The notes under the pieces are model-generated. The model made no database searches. It was not told where the DNA came from and saw only the letters and a program-made list of their open reading frames with translations. A DNA stretch of 64,000 bases, from positions 544,001-608,000 of the forward strand of contig CAWAHW010000004.1 of assembly GCA_963781885.1 (NCBI GenBank), in the 5' to 3' direction. Of this stretch, positions 49,499 through 61,673 are shown in pieces (position 1 is the stretch's first letter; each line of letters begins with the position of its first letter). This DNA comes from an uncultured Spirochaetota bacterium. Lineage in GTDB: Bacteria > Spirochaetota > Spirochaetia > SZUA-6 > Fen-1364. A program made the position numbers and the translations under genes.

Positions 49499-49524
49499 TA
49501 CAAATTCTCCTCGAAGCCCATTGC

Positions 49525-50520
49525 TCACGCCCCCTGCGGGGGCGTGGTCGACTCACGAACGATCAGCTGGCCGGGCAGCTCACCGCTCTCGGTCATCAAC
49601 TCTCCGCCCAATGCGGCCAGGATCATCCGCACCGCCATTTTCCCCATGTCCCGCTTGGGCTGCGCGAACGTTGTCAGGGGAGGCTCGAAATGAGCGGCCA
49701 GGTCGATGTCATCAAAGCCAATAACCGAGAGATCCTGCGGAATGCGCAGGCCGGCCATGTGGGCAGCCCGCAGCGCGCCCAGCGCCGTTGCATCGTTGTA
49801 GCAGAACACCGCGGTGGGACGAGACGCCAGCCCCAGGAGCTCGCGCATGGCCTGGGTTCCTCCTCCGGGCCGACTGTCACCCGCTGCGATCAGCGCCGGG
49901 TTCACCGAGAGCCCGCGCGCCAACAAAGCCTGTTCATACCCCTTTCGCCGCTCCACGTTATCCCATTCCAGGCTGGGGCCGGCGATATAGGCGATACGCT
50001 GATGGCCCAGGTCGAGCAAATGCTGCATGGCCTGCACCGCACCGCCAAAATTGTCAACTCGCACGGAGCGCGCATGTTCGCTGTTGATGAAGACGATGGG
50101 CAGGCTCATCCCGCGGAGCACGGCCTCATAGTTGCCGTCGGCGCGCACCGAGATGAGGATTATCCCATCCACCCGTCTTTCCTGCAGCATGTGCAGCTCA
50201 TCCAATTCCCTTTCCGACTCGCTGCCGGAATGAGTGAGGATGACGCTGTAGCCGTGATGCAGCGCCGTTTCCTCGATGACCTGGATCACCTCTGCCTGAA
50301 AGAGATCGGTGATTGTCGTCGCAACCAACCCTATGGTCCGCGTGCGTTGGGTGACGAGGCTCCTGGCAAGTGCGCTCGGCGAATACTTCATGTCCGCGGC
50401 GAGATGTTTGATTCTCGCCCGGGTCTCCGGATTCACTCGGGGGCTGTCGGCAAGCGCGCGCGAGACGGTGCTGTACGAAACCCGGGCAACTTTGGCAATG
50501 TCCTTTATTGATACGGCCAT
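49525..50520 (-). CDS. LacI family regulator
   Basis: SIKDIAKVARVSYSTVSRAL, ARSL, YNDATA, GFDD. Confidence 0.93.
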   Translation of the reverse strand: MAVSIKDIAKVARVSYSTVSRALADSPRVNPETRARIKHLAADMKYSPSALARSLVTQRTRTIGLVATTITDLFQAEVIQVIEETALHHGYSVILTHSGSESERELDELHMLQERRVDGIILISVRADGNYEAVLRGMSLPIVFINSEHARSVRVDNFGGAVQAMQHLLDLGHQRIAYIAGPSLEWDNVERRKGYEQALLARGLSVNPALIAAGDSRPGGGTQAMRELLGLASRPTAVFCYNDATALGALRAAHMAGLRIPQDLSVIGFDDIDLAAHFEPPLTTFAQPKRDMGKMAVRMILAALGGELMTESGELPGQLIVRESTTPPQGA

Positions 50521-50548
50521 TTGAACCTCTTGCATTCACCGGTCCGTA

Positions 50549-50674
50549 CAAACGTTTGCACGGTGTCGTTCTTATATCATAGATACAAACGTTTGTCAAT
50601 TGGGTATTTTTAAAAGAATAATTTTTAGTTGACAAACGTTTGCAGTCATGATAAATGTAAAAGACAAACGTTTG
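50549..50674. promoter_or_regulatory. Four CAAACGTTTG operators and two divergent TTGACA promoters
   Basis: Palindromes at 50549, 50586, 50633, 50665; TTGACA at 50594-50599 (-) and 50629-50634 (+). Confidence 0.85.
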
Positions 50675-50715
50675 GATACATCGAATAATTCTGATTCCTG
50701 AGAGAGGCGCAAGTA

Positions 50716-51687
50716 ATGAGCTCGCAAGCGCAACCAGCCCAAGCGAACATCTCCCAGGCCATCGCGGCGCGAGGTGAGGGGCAGGAGTTCTGGCGTCGCT
50801 TGCGCCGAGACCGGTTGGCTCTGGCGGGGGCGGGGTTTCTCATCCTGTTGAGTCTTTTCGCTTTTCTCGGGGCCCCTCTGGCCGCCAGGATTACCGGACA
50901 CAGACCTGCCCAGCAGTTCTTCAATGGGCTCGATGCCAACGGTATTCCATTGCGTCCGCTTCAGCACGAGTTCCTCGACGATGGATTGACTCCAAACCCC
51001 AAAGGGGAGCTCTTCGTCCTGGGAACCGACAGGCTGGGACGCGACATGCTTGTGCGGCTCCTCTACGGCGCCAGAATATCGCTTTTCGTGGCATTTGCCG
51101 CCACCGGGGTTGCCCTGTTGGTGGGAGTTCCTCTCGGACTGCTGGCGGGATATTTCGGCGGCATTCTGGACGCCGTGATCTCGCGTGCCGTCGACACGGC
51201 GTTGGCCTTTCCCTCCATGCTCTTCGCCATCGGTCTGGCGGCCGTCCTTGGCCCCGGACTGGCGAACGTGATCATCGTCATCGCCATATTCTCCTGGTAC
51301 TATCCCGCCCGCATCGTGCGTGGCATCGTCAAGTCTCTCCGTTCCGAGCAATTTGTCGAAGCAGCCGTCTCGGTCGGCGCCGGCGACGGGCGGATCCTTT
51401 TCAAGCACCTGCTGCCGCAGCTCACGGCCCCCATCATCGTCTATTCCACGGGGATCATCGCCACGAACATCCTGCTGGAGGCAGGATTGTCTTTCCTGGG
51501 GCTGGGCGTGCCTCAACCGGTGCCGAGCTGGGGGCAGATGTTGTCCGATGGAGTTGCCAACGGTCTCTACCGGGTGCAGCCGTGGCTGGCCGTCGTCCCC
51601 GGCGTCACCCTGGCCTTGACGACACTGGCGTTCAACCAACTTGGAGATGGGCTGCGCGACGCGTTCGCGCCAAAGGCGGGAACGTGA
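50716..51687 (+). CDS. Opp/Dpp-type ABC permease C
   Basis: LGTDRLGRD, YGARISL, FVEAA, LSFLGLG, GDGLRDAF. Confidence 0.92.
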   Translation: MSSQAQPAQANISQAIAARGEGQEFWRRLRRDRLALAGAGFLILLSLFAFLGAPLAARITGHRPAQQFFNGLDANGIPLRPLQHEFLDDGLTPNPKGELFVLGTDRLGRDMLVRLLYGARISLFVAFAATGVALLVGVPLGLLAGYFGGILDAVISRAVDTALAFPSMLFAIGLAAVLGPGLANVIIVIAIFSWYYPARIVRGIVKSLRSEQFVEAAVSVGAGDGRILFKHLLPQLTAPIIVYSTGIIATNILLEAGLSFLGLGVPQPVPSWGQMLSDGVANGLYRVQPWLAVVPGVTLALTTLAFNQLGDGLRDAFAPKAGT

Positions 51688-52679
51688 TCAAGTATCTTGC
51701 CCGTCGCCTTGCGGCAGCCTGCCTTCAGCTTTTTCTTGTCACGCTCATCGCCTACCTCCTGTTCTACGTGGTGGCCAGTGCAACCGGCGCCGATCCGGCG
51801 CGCCGCGTGGCAGGCCGGGCCGCAACGCCCGAACGCGTGGCGGAAGTGGCCCACACGCTGGGGACCGACCTGCCCTGGTACGAGCAGTACGCGCACTTCC
51901 TCGGCAAACTGGTTCGCGCCGACCTCGGCTACTCGTTCATGCAGCGGCGTCCCGTGAGCGACATCATTTTCCCCGCGGTGACGGTGACCCTGTCCCTGCT
52001 GGCGGGTGCCGTCGTGCTCTGGCTCCTGATGGCCATCCCCGTCGGCCTCGTGGGTGCACTGCGGCCCCGCAGCTTTTCCGACCGCTTCCTCGCCATCCTG
52101 GTCCAGATCGCGATCTCTGCGCCCGTCTTCTGGGTGGCACCCATGTTCTCCTTTCTGCTGGCATACCAGCCAAGCCAGGGCTTGTTTCTCGGCATCCACC
52201 TGGCAAAGCCGATCCAGTGGCTGCCCATTCAAGGTTACGTCAAGCTCGGCAGCTCGCTGGGGGAATGGACGCGCCACCTGCTCCTCCCCTGGCTGGCGTT
52301 CGCCGTGGGATATGCCGCGCTCTATGCGCGCTTCGTGCGCGCCCTTGTGAGCGAGCAGCTGTCTGAGAACTACGTCCTGGTTGCACGGGCGAAAGGCGCC
52401 TCCGAAAGCAGGATCCTGAGGCACCACGTGGGCCGCATTGTGGGCCCATCGATCATCACGATGCTCGGGCTCGACGTGGGAGCGATGATGGGCGGCGCGT
52501 TGTTCGTGGAGCAGGCATTCGGCCTGCCCGGCCTCGGCTATGTCGCCTACAGCTCGATTCAGTCGCTGGATTATCCGTTGACGATGGGGACCATCACGTT
52601 CGCGGCGCTCATGGCCGTGATCCTGAATACCATCGCCGACATGATCCAGGCATTCCTCGATCCTCGCGCGCGCAGGTAG
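51684..52679 (+). CDS. Opp/Dpp-type ABC permease B
   Basis: YLARRL, DLGYS, YVLVARAKG, VEQAFGLPGLG, LDPR. Confidence 0.92.
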   Translation: MIKYLARRLAAACLQLFLVTLIAYLLFYVVASATGADPARRVAGRAATPERVAEVAHTLGTDLPWYEQYAHFLGKLVRADLGYSFMQRRPVSDIIFPAVTVTLSLLAGAVVLWLLMAIPVGLVGALRPRSFSDRFLAILVQIAISAPVFWVAPMFSFLLAYQPSQGLFLGIHLAKPIQWLPIQGYVKLGSSLGEWTRHLLLPWLAFAVGYAALYARFVRALVSEQLSENYVLVARAKGASESRILRHHVGRIVGPSIITMLGLDVGAMMGGALFVEQAFGLPGLGYVAYSSIQSLDYPLTMGTITFAALMAVILNTIADMIQAFLDPRARR

Positions 52680-52681
52680 GG

Positions 52682-52694
52682 AAAGGAGGTGATC
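52682..52694 (+). promoter_or_regulatory. Stand-alone extended Shine-Dalgarno (STAB-SD-like)
   Basis: AAAGGAGGTGATC is complementary to the conserved 16S 3' end and has no correctly spaced start codon; the SBP has its own AGGAGG. Confidence 0.55.
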
Positions 52695-52791
52695 ACCGCG
52701 CAGATTCCGCTCTTCGGCCCGCCCCGTACCGCTCGCGCGGAGAAGCGGGTGGCGTTGTGCAAAAAGCTCATCCTGTAATAGGAGGAATACC

Positions 52792-54384
52792 ATGAAGCGC
52801 TTGTTCCTTGTCTTGGTCGTCTTGTCGGTCGCTCTCAGCCTGAGCGCGGCTCCACGCGAGGGTTACTTTGGACTGCCTTCAGGCGCCATCGATCACCTCG
52901 ACCCTGCTCTCGCGTACACGAACGCCTCGATGCGCATCGTCTTCGTCACCGCGACGCCCCTCGTCACCTTCAAGGATGCCGAAGGGGAGCAAGGGAAGCA
53001 GATCGTCGGAGGCCTGGCTGAATTGCCCGAGGTGTCCGCGGATGGCACGACGTATACTTTTACGCTGAAGAAAGGCATCAAGTTCGCCGATGGCACACCC
53101 ATCACGGGCGACGACGTGAAAGCCACCTTCGAGCGCCTTTTCGCGCCTGACCTCGCCTCCCCCGCGGCGGGATTCTTCAACGTCATTGCCGGTTCCGACG
53201 ACTTCGCCGCGGGAAAAGCCAAGTCCGTTTCCGGCATCACGGTCAACGGCAACAAGGTCATCTTCAAGCTGACGGGACCGGTCGGCTCCTTCCTCGTCCG
53301 CATGACCCTGCCGTTCACCTCCATCGTCCCGAAAAGCACGTCGACCAAGGTGATGGACAACGGCGAGCTTCTTACCACCGGGCCCTACAAGGTCGAGTCG
53401 TACGAGGTGAACCGCAAGCTCGTCCTCGTGCGCAACCCCAACTATCCGGTGGACGTGATGGGCCAGCGCGGGAACATGGACAGGATCGTCATCGACATGA
53501 ACATCGACCCTGCCCAGGCCGGCTTGATGGTCCGGGCCAACCAGCTCGACATGTTCCTGGATCGCATCGCTTCAACGGACGCTGCACAGGCTCTGAACGA
53601 TGCCACCCTCAAGAACCGGGTCTTCAAGAACCCGCAGGCAGCCATCCTCTACCTCTTCATGAACAACGACGTGCCGCCTTTCGACAATGTGAAGGTCCGC
53701 CAGGCGGTCAACTATGCCATCAACCGCAACGCCATCCTGCGCGTGTGGGGCGGGCCGAGCCAGGGCATGCCCACGGACCAGGTCCTGCCGCCAACAATGC
53801 CGGGCTGGAAAGATGTCAACATCTACCCGATGGGAGGCGACGTGGCAAAGGCAAAACAGCTGCTGGCCGATTCCGGCGTGAAACTGCCCATCGAGACGAC
53901 GATGCGGGTGCGCAACGATGCGCCCGGCTTCGTTGAGGTGGCGCAGGCTGTCCAGGAGCAGCTCAAGGCGGTGGGAATCAACGCCAAGATCGAGTCGGCA
54001 ATAGATTCCGTCAACACGGGAGTCATCCAGACCCGGGCCAGCCACGTGCCAATGGGAGTCAACGCCTGGTACCAGGACTATCCGGACCCTGACGATTTCA
54101 TCGACGTGCTGCTGGATGGGACGCGCATCACCGACACCAACAACCAGAATATCGCGTCATTCAACAATGCCGCTATCAGCAAGAAAATCGCCGCCCTTGC
54201 GGGGGTCACCGGAGCGCAGCGCTATGCGCGCTACAACGACCTGGACGTGGAAATCATCCGGGACTTCGCGCCCTGGGCTCCACTCCTCAACCCGACGCAG
54301 GTGGACCTGATCTCGCAGCGCGTGAGCGGCTACGTGTATCATCCCGTGTACGGGGCCGATCTGACGACCATGACGGTCAAGTGA
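52792..54384 (+). CDS. ABC solute-binding protein family 5 (Opp/Dpp)
   Basis: LDPA, SADGTTYTFTLKKGIKFADG, TGPYK, VRQAVNYAINR, DYPDP. Confidence 0.92.
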   Translation: MKRLFLVLVVLSVALSLSAAPREGYFGLPSGAIDHLDPALAYTNASMRIVFVTATPLVTFKDAEGEQGKQIVGGLAELPEVSADGTTYTFTLKKGIKFADGTPITGDDVKATFERLFAPDLASPAAGFFNVIAGSDDFAAGKAKSVSGITVNGNKVIFKLTGPVGSFLVRMTLPFTSIVPKSTSTKVMDNGELLTTGPYKVESYEVNRKLVLVRNPNYPVDVMGQRGNMDRIVIDMNIDPAQAGLMVRANQLDMFLDRIASTDAAQALNDATLKNRVFKNPQAAILYLFMNNDVPPFDNVKVRQAVNYAINRNAILRVWGGPSQGMPTDQVLPPTMPGWKDVNIYPMGGDVAKAKQLLADSGVKLPIETTMRVRNDAPGFVEVAQAVQEQLKAVGINAKIESAIDSVNTGVIQTRASHVPMGVNAWYQDYPDPDDFIDVLLDGTRITDTNNQNIASFNNAAISKKIAALAGVTGAQRYARYNDLDVEIIRDFAPWAPLLNPTQVDLISQRVSGYVYHPVYGADLTTMTVK

Positions 54385-54416
54385 GCACGCCGCATCATGA
54401 TCCGTTTTGTATTCAC

Positions 54417-54446
54417 ACCATCGCCGGACACCAGTCCGGCGATGGT
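54417..54446. repeat. 13-bp perfect stem-loop after the SBP gene
   Basis: ACCATCGCCGGAC-ACCA-GTCCGGCGATGGT. Confidence 0.8.
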
Positions 54447-54460
54447 CACGAGGCAACGTG

Positions 54461-55486
54461 ATGGCGCTCCTTGAAGTCCTCAACCTCCGCACCTCATTCG
54501 CGACGGAAGACGGCGTCGTCCGCGCGGTGGATGGCGTCTCGTTCTCCATCGAGCGCGGCAAAGTCCTTGGCATCGTCGGCGAGTCTGGATCCGGCAAATC
54601 CGTGACCTGCCTGACCATGGTGGGGCTGATCCCGAAGCGGAGCACGCACGTCTCCGGTCAGGCACTCTTCAAGGGGCGCGATCTGCTGCAAATGAAACCC
54701 CGCGAGCTGCGGCAGATCCGCGGCCGCGACATCGCCATGATCTTCCAGGACCCGATGACCTCTTTGAACCCGGTCCTGACCGTCGGGGCACAGTTGATCG
54801 AGGCCATCCAGCTCCATCGAAAAATGCCTCACCGGCTCGGCCGGGGACCGATGCCGTGACATGCTGGCCGACGTTGGCATCCCGAACCCGGCTGAGCGCC
54901 TGACGAGCTATCCTTTCGAGCTGTCCGGCGGCATGCGCCAGAGGGTCATGATTGCCATGGGCCTCTTGAACAATCCTGACCTTCTGGTGGCAGATGAGCC
55001 AACGACGGCACTCGACGTCACGACCCAGGCGCAGATCCTGTCCCTGATCAAGCGTCTGCGGACAGAGTTCGACTCGGCGATCATTCTCATCACCCACGAC
55101 CTCGGCGTTGTCGCGGAGACGTGCGACAACGTCCTGGTGATGTATGCCGGCCAGGTGGCCGAACAAGGACCAGTGGACTCCATCTTCGATCGTCCCTCCC
55201 ACCCGTACACCTGGGGCCTCATGGGCTGCCTGCCCCGCCTCAACTTCGGAGCCAGTCGGCTTCGCAGCATTCCGGGCAGCCCTCCGTCACTGCTCCAGCC
55301 CCCCCCCGGCTGCAGTTTTCATCCGCGCTGCCCTTACGCGATGCCCATCTGCGGTCACGCGCGCCCCGTATTGGAGCAGGTCGAATCCGGTTTCGGCCCG
55401 CACTTCACCGCCTGCCACCTGGAGCCGGCGTTCCGCCTCAAGGAATCGAACCGGCTCTTCGGCGAGCCGGGAGCGGGGGCCGCGGG

Positions 55487-55490
<4 letters not shown>
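54461..55490 (+). CDS. Opp/Dpp ATPase D (indel near 54845)
   Basis: GESGSGKS and [10 protein letters not shown]; then [25 protein letters not shown] in the next frame. Confidence 0.88.
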
Positions 55491-56507
<1,017 letters not shown>

Positions 56508-56569
56508 GCCAGCGTCGTTCCCGGCCGGGCTTCTGGGGACTCCACCGCTCGCCTGGCCAGGGCGGCCCT

Positions 56570-59500
56570 CTACCGATCCAGCACCTCGCGGACCTTCTCG
56601 AGCAGCCGGTCGGCGTTGAACGGTTTCTGGATGATGTCGACATCCGCATCGAGTATCCCCTTGTGCACGATCGAGTTCGCCGTGTACCCCGACATGTAGA
56701 GGATGCGCGCGGCGGGATGAAGCTCACGAATGTGACGCGCGAGCTCCGGGCCGTTCATTCCCGGCATCGCCACGTCCGTGAGGAGCAGGTGAATCGGACG
56801 ATGGTCTGAAGATACGTCCGTGATGGCTTCGAGACCGTCCTGCGCCTCCCTCACCGTGTACCCAGCATTGCGCAGGGCAATGCCCACGAAGCTGCGGATG
56901 GCTTTTTCGTCCTCCACAAGCAGGATGTTCTCCGTGCCAAGGAATGGCTTTGACTTTTCGGCCCGCGGCGTTTCCACGGTCGTACGCTGAGAGACGCGGG
57001 GAAAGTACACACGGAAACTCGCTCCCGCTCCCTTTTCGCTGGAGCAGAAGATGTAGCCCCCGCTTTGCTTGACAATGCCATAGACGGTCGCCAGGCCTAG
57101 GCCGGTGCCCTTCCCCATTTCCTTCGTCGTGAAAAACGGCTCGAAAACCCGAGAGAGGGTCTCGCGGTCCATTCCTTCTCCCGTATCGCTCACGGCAAGC
57201 ATCACGTACTCGCCCGCCGCCATCTCGGGGTGCTCACGCACATCGGTGTCGTCGAGCACGCGGTTGGCGGTTTCCATCGTGAGCTTGCCGCCATTGGGCA
57301 TGGCGTCTCGCGCGTTCGCGGCCAGATTCATCATGACCTGCTCGATCTGGACCGGGTCGGCCTTGATATTCCCTACCTCGGGAGGAAGGAAGGTCTTCAG
57401 CAGGACATCCTCGCCGACGAGCCGCGCAAGCATGCTCTCCGCGCCTCGCACCACCTCATTCACGCTGATGATGCGGGGCTGGAGCACCTGCTTGCGGCTG
57501 AAGGCGAGCAGCTGGGCAGTGAGCCTCCCCGCCCGGCCCGCGGCGGCTCTCATCTCCTCCACATTCTTTCGCACAGGGTCGTTCTCCGGGAGACCGTCTT
57601 CCGTCAGATCCGCGTATCCCTCGATAATGGTGAGAACATTGTTGAAATCATGGGCGATTCCCCCTGCGAGCCTCCCCACCGCCTCCAGCTTTTGCGCCTG
57701 CCGGAGCTGTTCCTCGGCCCTTCTCAAGGCCTCTTCTGTTTTCCGCATTTCCGTCAGGTCGAGCATCAGACCGAAGGTGCCGGCGAAAGATCCGTCGCCG
57801 GCCAGCTGCGGAGTGGCCGTCACTTGAATGCGCCTCATCGTACCATCAGGTCGGCAGATCTCGGTCTCGTAGCGGCTGGTCTCCCCCCGCCTCCGTTTTT
57901 CGGTCTCTTGCAGGATTGCGGCGAAATTTTCCCGGCTCAAGTATTCGCGAAGGTTCCTGCCGGTGACATCGATCGCGGAACCTTCGAGGATTGTCTCCGC
58001 CATGGGATTTGCGAAAACAATCCTCTCCTGGGGATCGACGATCATGATCCCTTCCCCGAGGTTCTCAACCAGGGACCGATACCGTTCCTTACTTTCGCGG
58101 AGAGCGTCGGCCACGACTCGAACCATCCGCAGCTGACGGCTTCTGTACAGGAACGCGAGAAGCGCCACGCCCACGACAAGCGTCGCCGCCAGCGCATAGA
58201 ACCACCAGGCCTCCCACCACGGTGAGGTGACAAAGACGCGAAGGGAAACACCCTCTTCGTTCCAGACCCCGTCGTTGTTCGAACCGGTGATCCGCAGGGT
58301 GTAGGCGCCGCCGCGCAGGCCGCTGTACCTCCCGTAACGCCGATTGCCGGCCTCGTACCAGTCCTTGTCGAGCCCGACCAGCATGTACTTGTACTGGTTT
58401 CTCGATGGATTCGTGAAGTTCAGGGAGGCATATTCGAACTCGAAGTAGTTGTGCCTCCAGTCGAGCGAGAGCGCATTCACCCGTTCGGGCGCTTTTCCCA
58501 GCACCATGGGATCGCCACTTTGACTCAAGGCTGTTATCTTCACGGGCGGGACGAAGGTGTTCATTCCCACCTCCTCCGGTCGAAAGCTCACCAATCCCCT
58601 GGATGAGCCGAACCACAGCTTGCCCGATGCGTCTCGCACGGCGCCTCGGATGAAAAGATCGCTTGGCAGGCCGTCGCTCATGCGGAAAGCCCTGACGATT
58701 CGCGTCCGGGGATCGAACCGGATCAACCCGCTGCCGTTGCTCGATCCCATCCAGAGATCCCCGTCATTGTCTTCCAGGATGGACATGACCCCGCTCACCG
58801 GGTAGCCCGTTGCCAGAGTGTAGCGGGTGAACCTCCCCGATGCCCGGTCGAGCATGTCGAACCCGGTGACGGTTCCGACCCATATACGGCCGGCAGAATC
58901 CTCGAAGACGGTGTTGACCAAATTCGAATCGATCGTGGAAAAATCGTCGGCGCGGGAGGTGTAATGGATGTAGCGCTCCGTGCGCGGATCCAGCCTGTCG
59001 AGACCTCCGCCCATGGTGGGCAGCCAGAGAATCCCTTCGGTATCCCGGCATATCATCTGCACGTTGTCATTGCTCACGCTGTCGGTCGTGTGAGGATCGT
59101 GGGGAAAATGGGCGAATTGCCCGGTCTTTTTATCGTAGCGCTCGATGCCGGCGCCGAGCGTTGCAAGCCAGAGAAAATCAGGATTGAAATTGTCCTCGAT
59201 AATCGCGCTGATCTGTGTCGCGCGAGCGGATATGCCGGCGGGATCGCGGGAAAGAGTCCTCGTGAACCTGCCCGTGTTCCGGTCGAGCAGATGCAGGGCG
59301 GTCGGCAGGGTCGTGCCCAGCCAGATGTTCCTCGCACGGTCTTCCAGCAGAGCCGTGCAATAGGAATCCGTGAAATAGCCGCGAAACTTTCCGGTGGCTC
59401 TGTCATAGAGGGTCAAACCGGTGGGAAATGAGCTGATCCAGAGGTTCTGATTGCCATCGAGAAGGAGGTTCGCAATGATTGCATTCGGAAGGGCGTCAAG

Positions 59501-60619
59501 CGGGTATGAGAGGAACCGGGACGAGTGGGGATCCAGCTTGTCCACAGGTCCTGCCACATTGACCAGCCAGAGTATCCCCGAACGGTCTTCCATGGTTCTG
59601 ATGATGTAATTCGAGCTTGGACTGGACTTATCGGCGGGATCGCTCAGGAAATTCAGGAAAGTGCCGGCATGGGGATCGAAGGCAGTCAGGCCGGCCCGGT
59701 GATCCAGGTGGCTGATCCAGATCGTTCCATTCGCGTCCTGTGTCAGGCTCATGACCCGGTTGCTTGTCAGGCTGTTGGGATTGGCGGGATCGTGCGCGTA
59801 CCTCGTGAATGTCCCGTCAGTGGCGCTGAATTTCAGCAGGCCTTTGTCCGTGCCCACCCATACGACGCCATCCCGATCCTCCAGCAGCGTGTACACCACG
59901 TTGCTCGCAAGGCTTCCCGGTTCTTGTGGATCATGGCGAAAATGGGTGAAAACACCGGTGGCTTTCGCGCGCACGTCCAGGCCGCTGCCATTTGTGCCGA
60001 TCCAGACGTTGCCCGCATGATCCACCATGACGGCGTGGACATCGTTGCCCGCAAGGCTCATCGGATCGGCGGGATCGTGCAGATAGCGCGTGAAGGTGCC
60101 CGTCCTCCTGTCCAGTGCGTTCAACCCATCCTGGGTGCCGATCCAGAGCAGGCCATTGTCGCCTTCGGCGATTGTTCCGGTTGCATAGGAAGTGCCTTTA
60201 TCGCTGCTGATGCTTTTCGGGTTGTTGGGATCATTGGTGAATCTTGTGAAGGAATCCGTCCCCTTGTCGTAGCGCACCAAGCCGCTGGAAGCGGTCTGTA
60301 TCCAGATCAACCCGTCGCGATCCTCGTACAGAGCGTATATGCCGGAGTCGGGAAATGGGTTCTCACCCCCCGCCTTGTAGATTTTCTGATCGTACCCGTC
60401 GAAACGGATGAGACCCTGACCGATCGTCCCGATCCAGAGAAAACCATCGCGATCCTGGATGATCGCCCCGCTGTTTTGGGCAGTCGTGGTGGTGACGGCG
60501 CGCTCGAATAACGGGGGATCCTGCGCCGGAAATCCGATCAGAGGCGCTGCGTTTACGACAATGCTGAAGTGGAAGAGCACCAGAAAGAACGGAAGCGCTC
60601 GAGGGGCCGGAAAAACCAC
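56570..60619 (-). CDS. Hybrid sensor histidine kinase (Reg_prop propellers, Y_Y_Y, TM, PAS, HisKA, HATPase, REC)
   Basis: Repeated D..G.LW(I/V)[46 protein letters not shown]. Confidence 0.93.
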   Translation of the reverse strand: MVFPAPRALPFFLVLFHFSIVVNAAPLIGFPAQDPPLFERAVTTTTAQNSGAIIQDRDGFLWIGTIGQGLIRFDGYDQKIYKAGGENPFPDSGIYALYEDRDGLIWIQTASSGLVRYDKGTDSFTRFTNDPNNPKSISSDKGTSYATGTIAEGDNGLLWIGTQDGLNALDRRTGTFTRYLHDPADPMSLAGNDVHAVMVDHAGNVWIGTNGSGLDVRAKATGVFTHFRHDPQEPGSLASNVVYTLLEDRDGVVWVGTDKGLLKFSATDGTFTRYAHDPANPNSLTSNRVMSLTQDANGTIWISHLDHRAGLTAFDPHAGTFLNFLSDPADKSSPSSNYIIRTMEDRSGILWLVNVAGPVDKLDPHSSRFLSYPLDALPNAIIANLLLDGNQNLWISSFPTGLTLYDRATGKFRGYFTDSYCTALLEDRARNIWLGTTLPTALHLLDRNTGRFTRTLSRDPAGISARATQISAIIEDNFNPDFLWLATLGAGIERYDKKTGQFAHFPHDPHTTDSVSNDNVQMICRDTEGILWLPTMGGGLDRLDPRTERYIHYTSRADDFSTIDSNLVNTVFEDSAGRIWVGTVTGFDMLDRASGRFTRYTLATGYPVSGVMSILEDNDGDLWMGSSNGSGLIRFDPRTRIVRAFRMSDGLPSDLFIRGAVRDASGKLWFGSSRGLVSFRPEEVGMNTFVPPVKITALSQSGDPMVLGKAPERVNALSLDWRHNYFEFEYASLNFTNPSRNQYKYMLVGLDKDWYEAGNRRYGRYSGLRGGAYTLRITGSNNDGVWNEEGVSLRVFVTSPWWEAWWFYALAATLVVGVALLAFLYRSRQLRMVRVVADALRESKERYRSLVENLGEGIMIVDPQERIVFANPMAETILEGSAIDVTGRNLREYLSRENFAAILQETEKRRRGETSRYETEICRPDGTMRRIQVTATPQLAGDGSFAGTFGLMLDLTEMRKTEEALRRAEEQLRQAQKLEAVGRLAGGIAHDFNNVLTIIEGYADLTEDGLPENDPVRKNVEEMRAAAGRAGRLTAQLLAFSRKQVLQPRIISVNEVVRGAESMLARLVGEDVLLKTFLPPEVGNIKADPVQIEQVMMNLAANARDAMPNGGKLTMETANRVLDDTDVREHPEMAAGEYVMLAVSDTGEGMDRETLSRVFEPFFTTKEMGKGTGLGLATVYGIVKQSGGYIFCSSEKGAGASFRVYFPRVSQRTTVETPRAEKSKPFLGTENILLVEDEKAIRSFVGIALRNAGYTVREAQDGLEAITDVSSDHRPIHLLLTDVAMPGMNGPELARHIRELHPAARILYMSGYTANSIVHKGILDADVDIIQKPFNADRLLEKVREVLDR

Positions 60620-60694
60620 GAAGGACTCCTTGTGCGTTGGTAGTGGGCCACGTCCGTGCTCGCGGAAAAGTATAGGGCAGCCGTTGGAGAGAAG

Positions 60695-61591
60695 TCAATC
60701 CGAAACATGACTCGTCCGCGGAGATCGTGCGCCCTCGCCGTCGCGGCCGAGCGCCGCCGTCACGTGAAAGATTCGCCTTTTGAGAGGATCCATCAGCCGG
60801 CGGGGCATGATGGCCATGAAGAGCAGCAGGAACCGGGCTGCCAGCGGCGTCACGTACCGCGGCCGAGGCCGTGGCGACTCGATGATGCGGCGAACGAGCC
60901 GCGCCACCGCCAACGCCGGCACGGAGCGCATCAGAAACAGCGGGCTGTACCCGTTGTCGCGTAACCAGCGATTGGCCGCGGCGAATGGTGAGGCAAGGGG
61001 CGGGGCCTCCCGGCGCTCGTCTACTGCCCTGGCGTGAAAGGACGATTCCACCGAGCCCGGCTCCAGAAGCACCACGCGCACACCCAGGACCGCAAGCTCC
61101 ACTCGCATGGTCTCTGTGAGGGAGCCGACTGCTGCCTTTACGGCTCCATATGTGCCCATCCACGGCGCCGTCATGCGCCCCATGATCGAACCGACGTTGA
61201 CCACGACGCCCCGGCTTTCAATAAGCTGCGGGAGAAACGCGCGGGTTACGTCGAGCAGCCCGAAGAAGCTCGCCGCGAACTGCTCCCTGACCTGTTTGGT
61301 GGTGACATCAACAAAAAAACCCGCCTGGCCATAGCCGGCATTGTTCATCACGGCATCGATGCCGCCAAACCGACGCCTCACTTCGTCCGCAACAGATGCA
61401 ACCTCGGACTGATCGGTGACATCGAGGTGCAGGGCGTGCAAGGCCCAGCACTTTTCGCGCGCCAGGTCATCGAGCTCGGCAAGGGCAGCACTGTTCCGCC
61501 CCGTTGCGATGACGGTGTGCCCCCGAGCCGCCAGATGCTCCGCGCACGCGCGCCCGATCCCTGAGGTTGCCCCGGTGATAAGTACTCGCAT
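60695..61591 (-). CDS. Short-chain dehydrogenase/reductase
   Basis: TGATSGIG, NNAGYG, YGAVK, EPG. Confidence 0.9.
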   Translation of the reverse strand: MRVLITGATSGIGRACAEHLAARGHTVIATGRNSAALAELDDLAREKCWALHALHLDVTDQSEVASVADEVRRRFGGIDAVMNNAGYGQAGFFVDVTTKQVREQFAASFFGLLDVTRAFLPQLIESRGVVVNVGSIMGRMTAPWMGTYGAVKAAVGSLTETMRVELAVLGVRVVLLEPGSVESSFHARAVDERREAPPLASPFAAANRWLRDNGYSPLFLMRSVPALAVARLVRRIIESPRPRPRYVTPLAARFLLLFMAIMPRRLMDPLKRRIFHVTAALGRDGEGARSPRTSHVSD

Positions 61592-61673
61592 GACGAGAAT
61601 ATATCCGTGCCAGCGGCGGCGTGCAAAGAACGGCACGGCGCCACGGGTTGTCAGTGCAACGAGGCCGGCAGGC

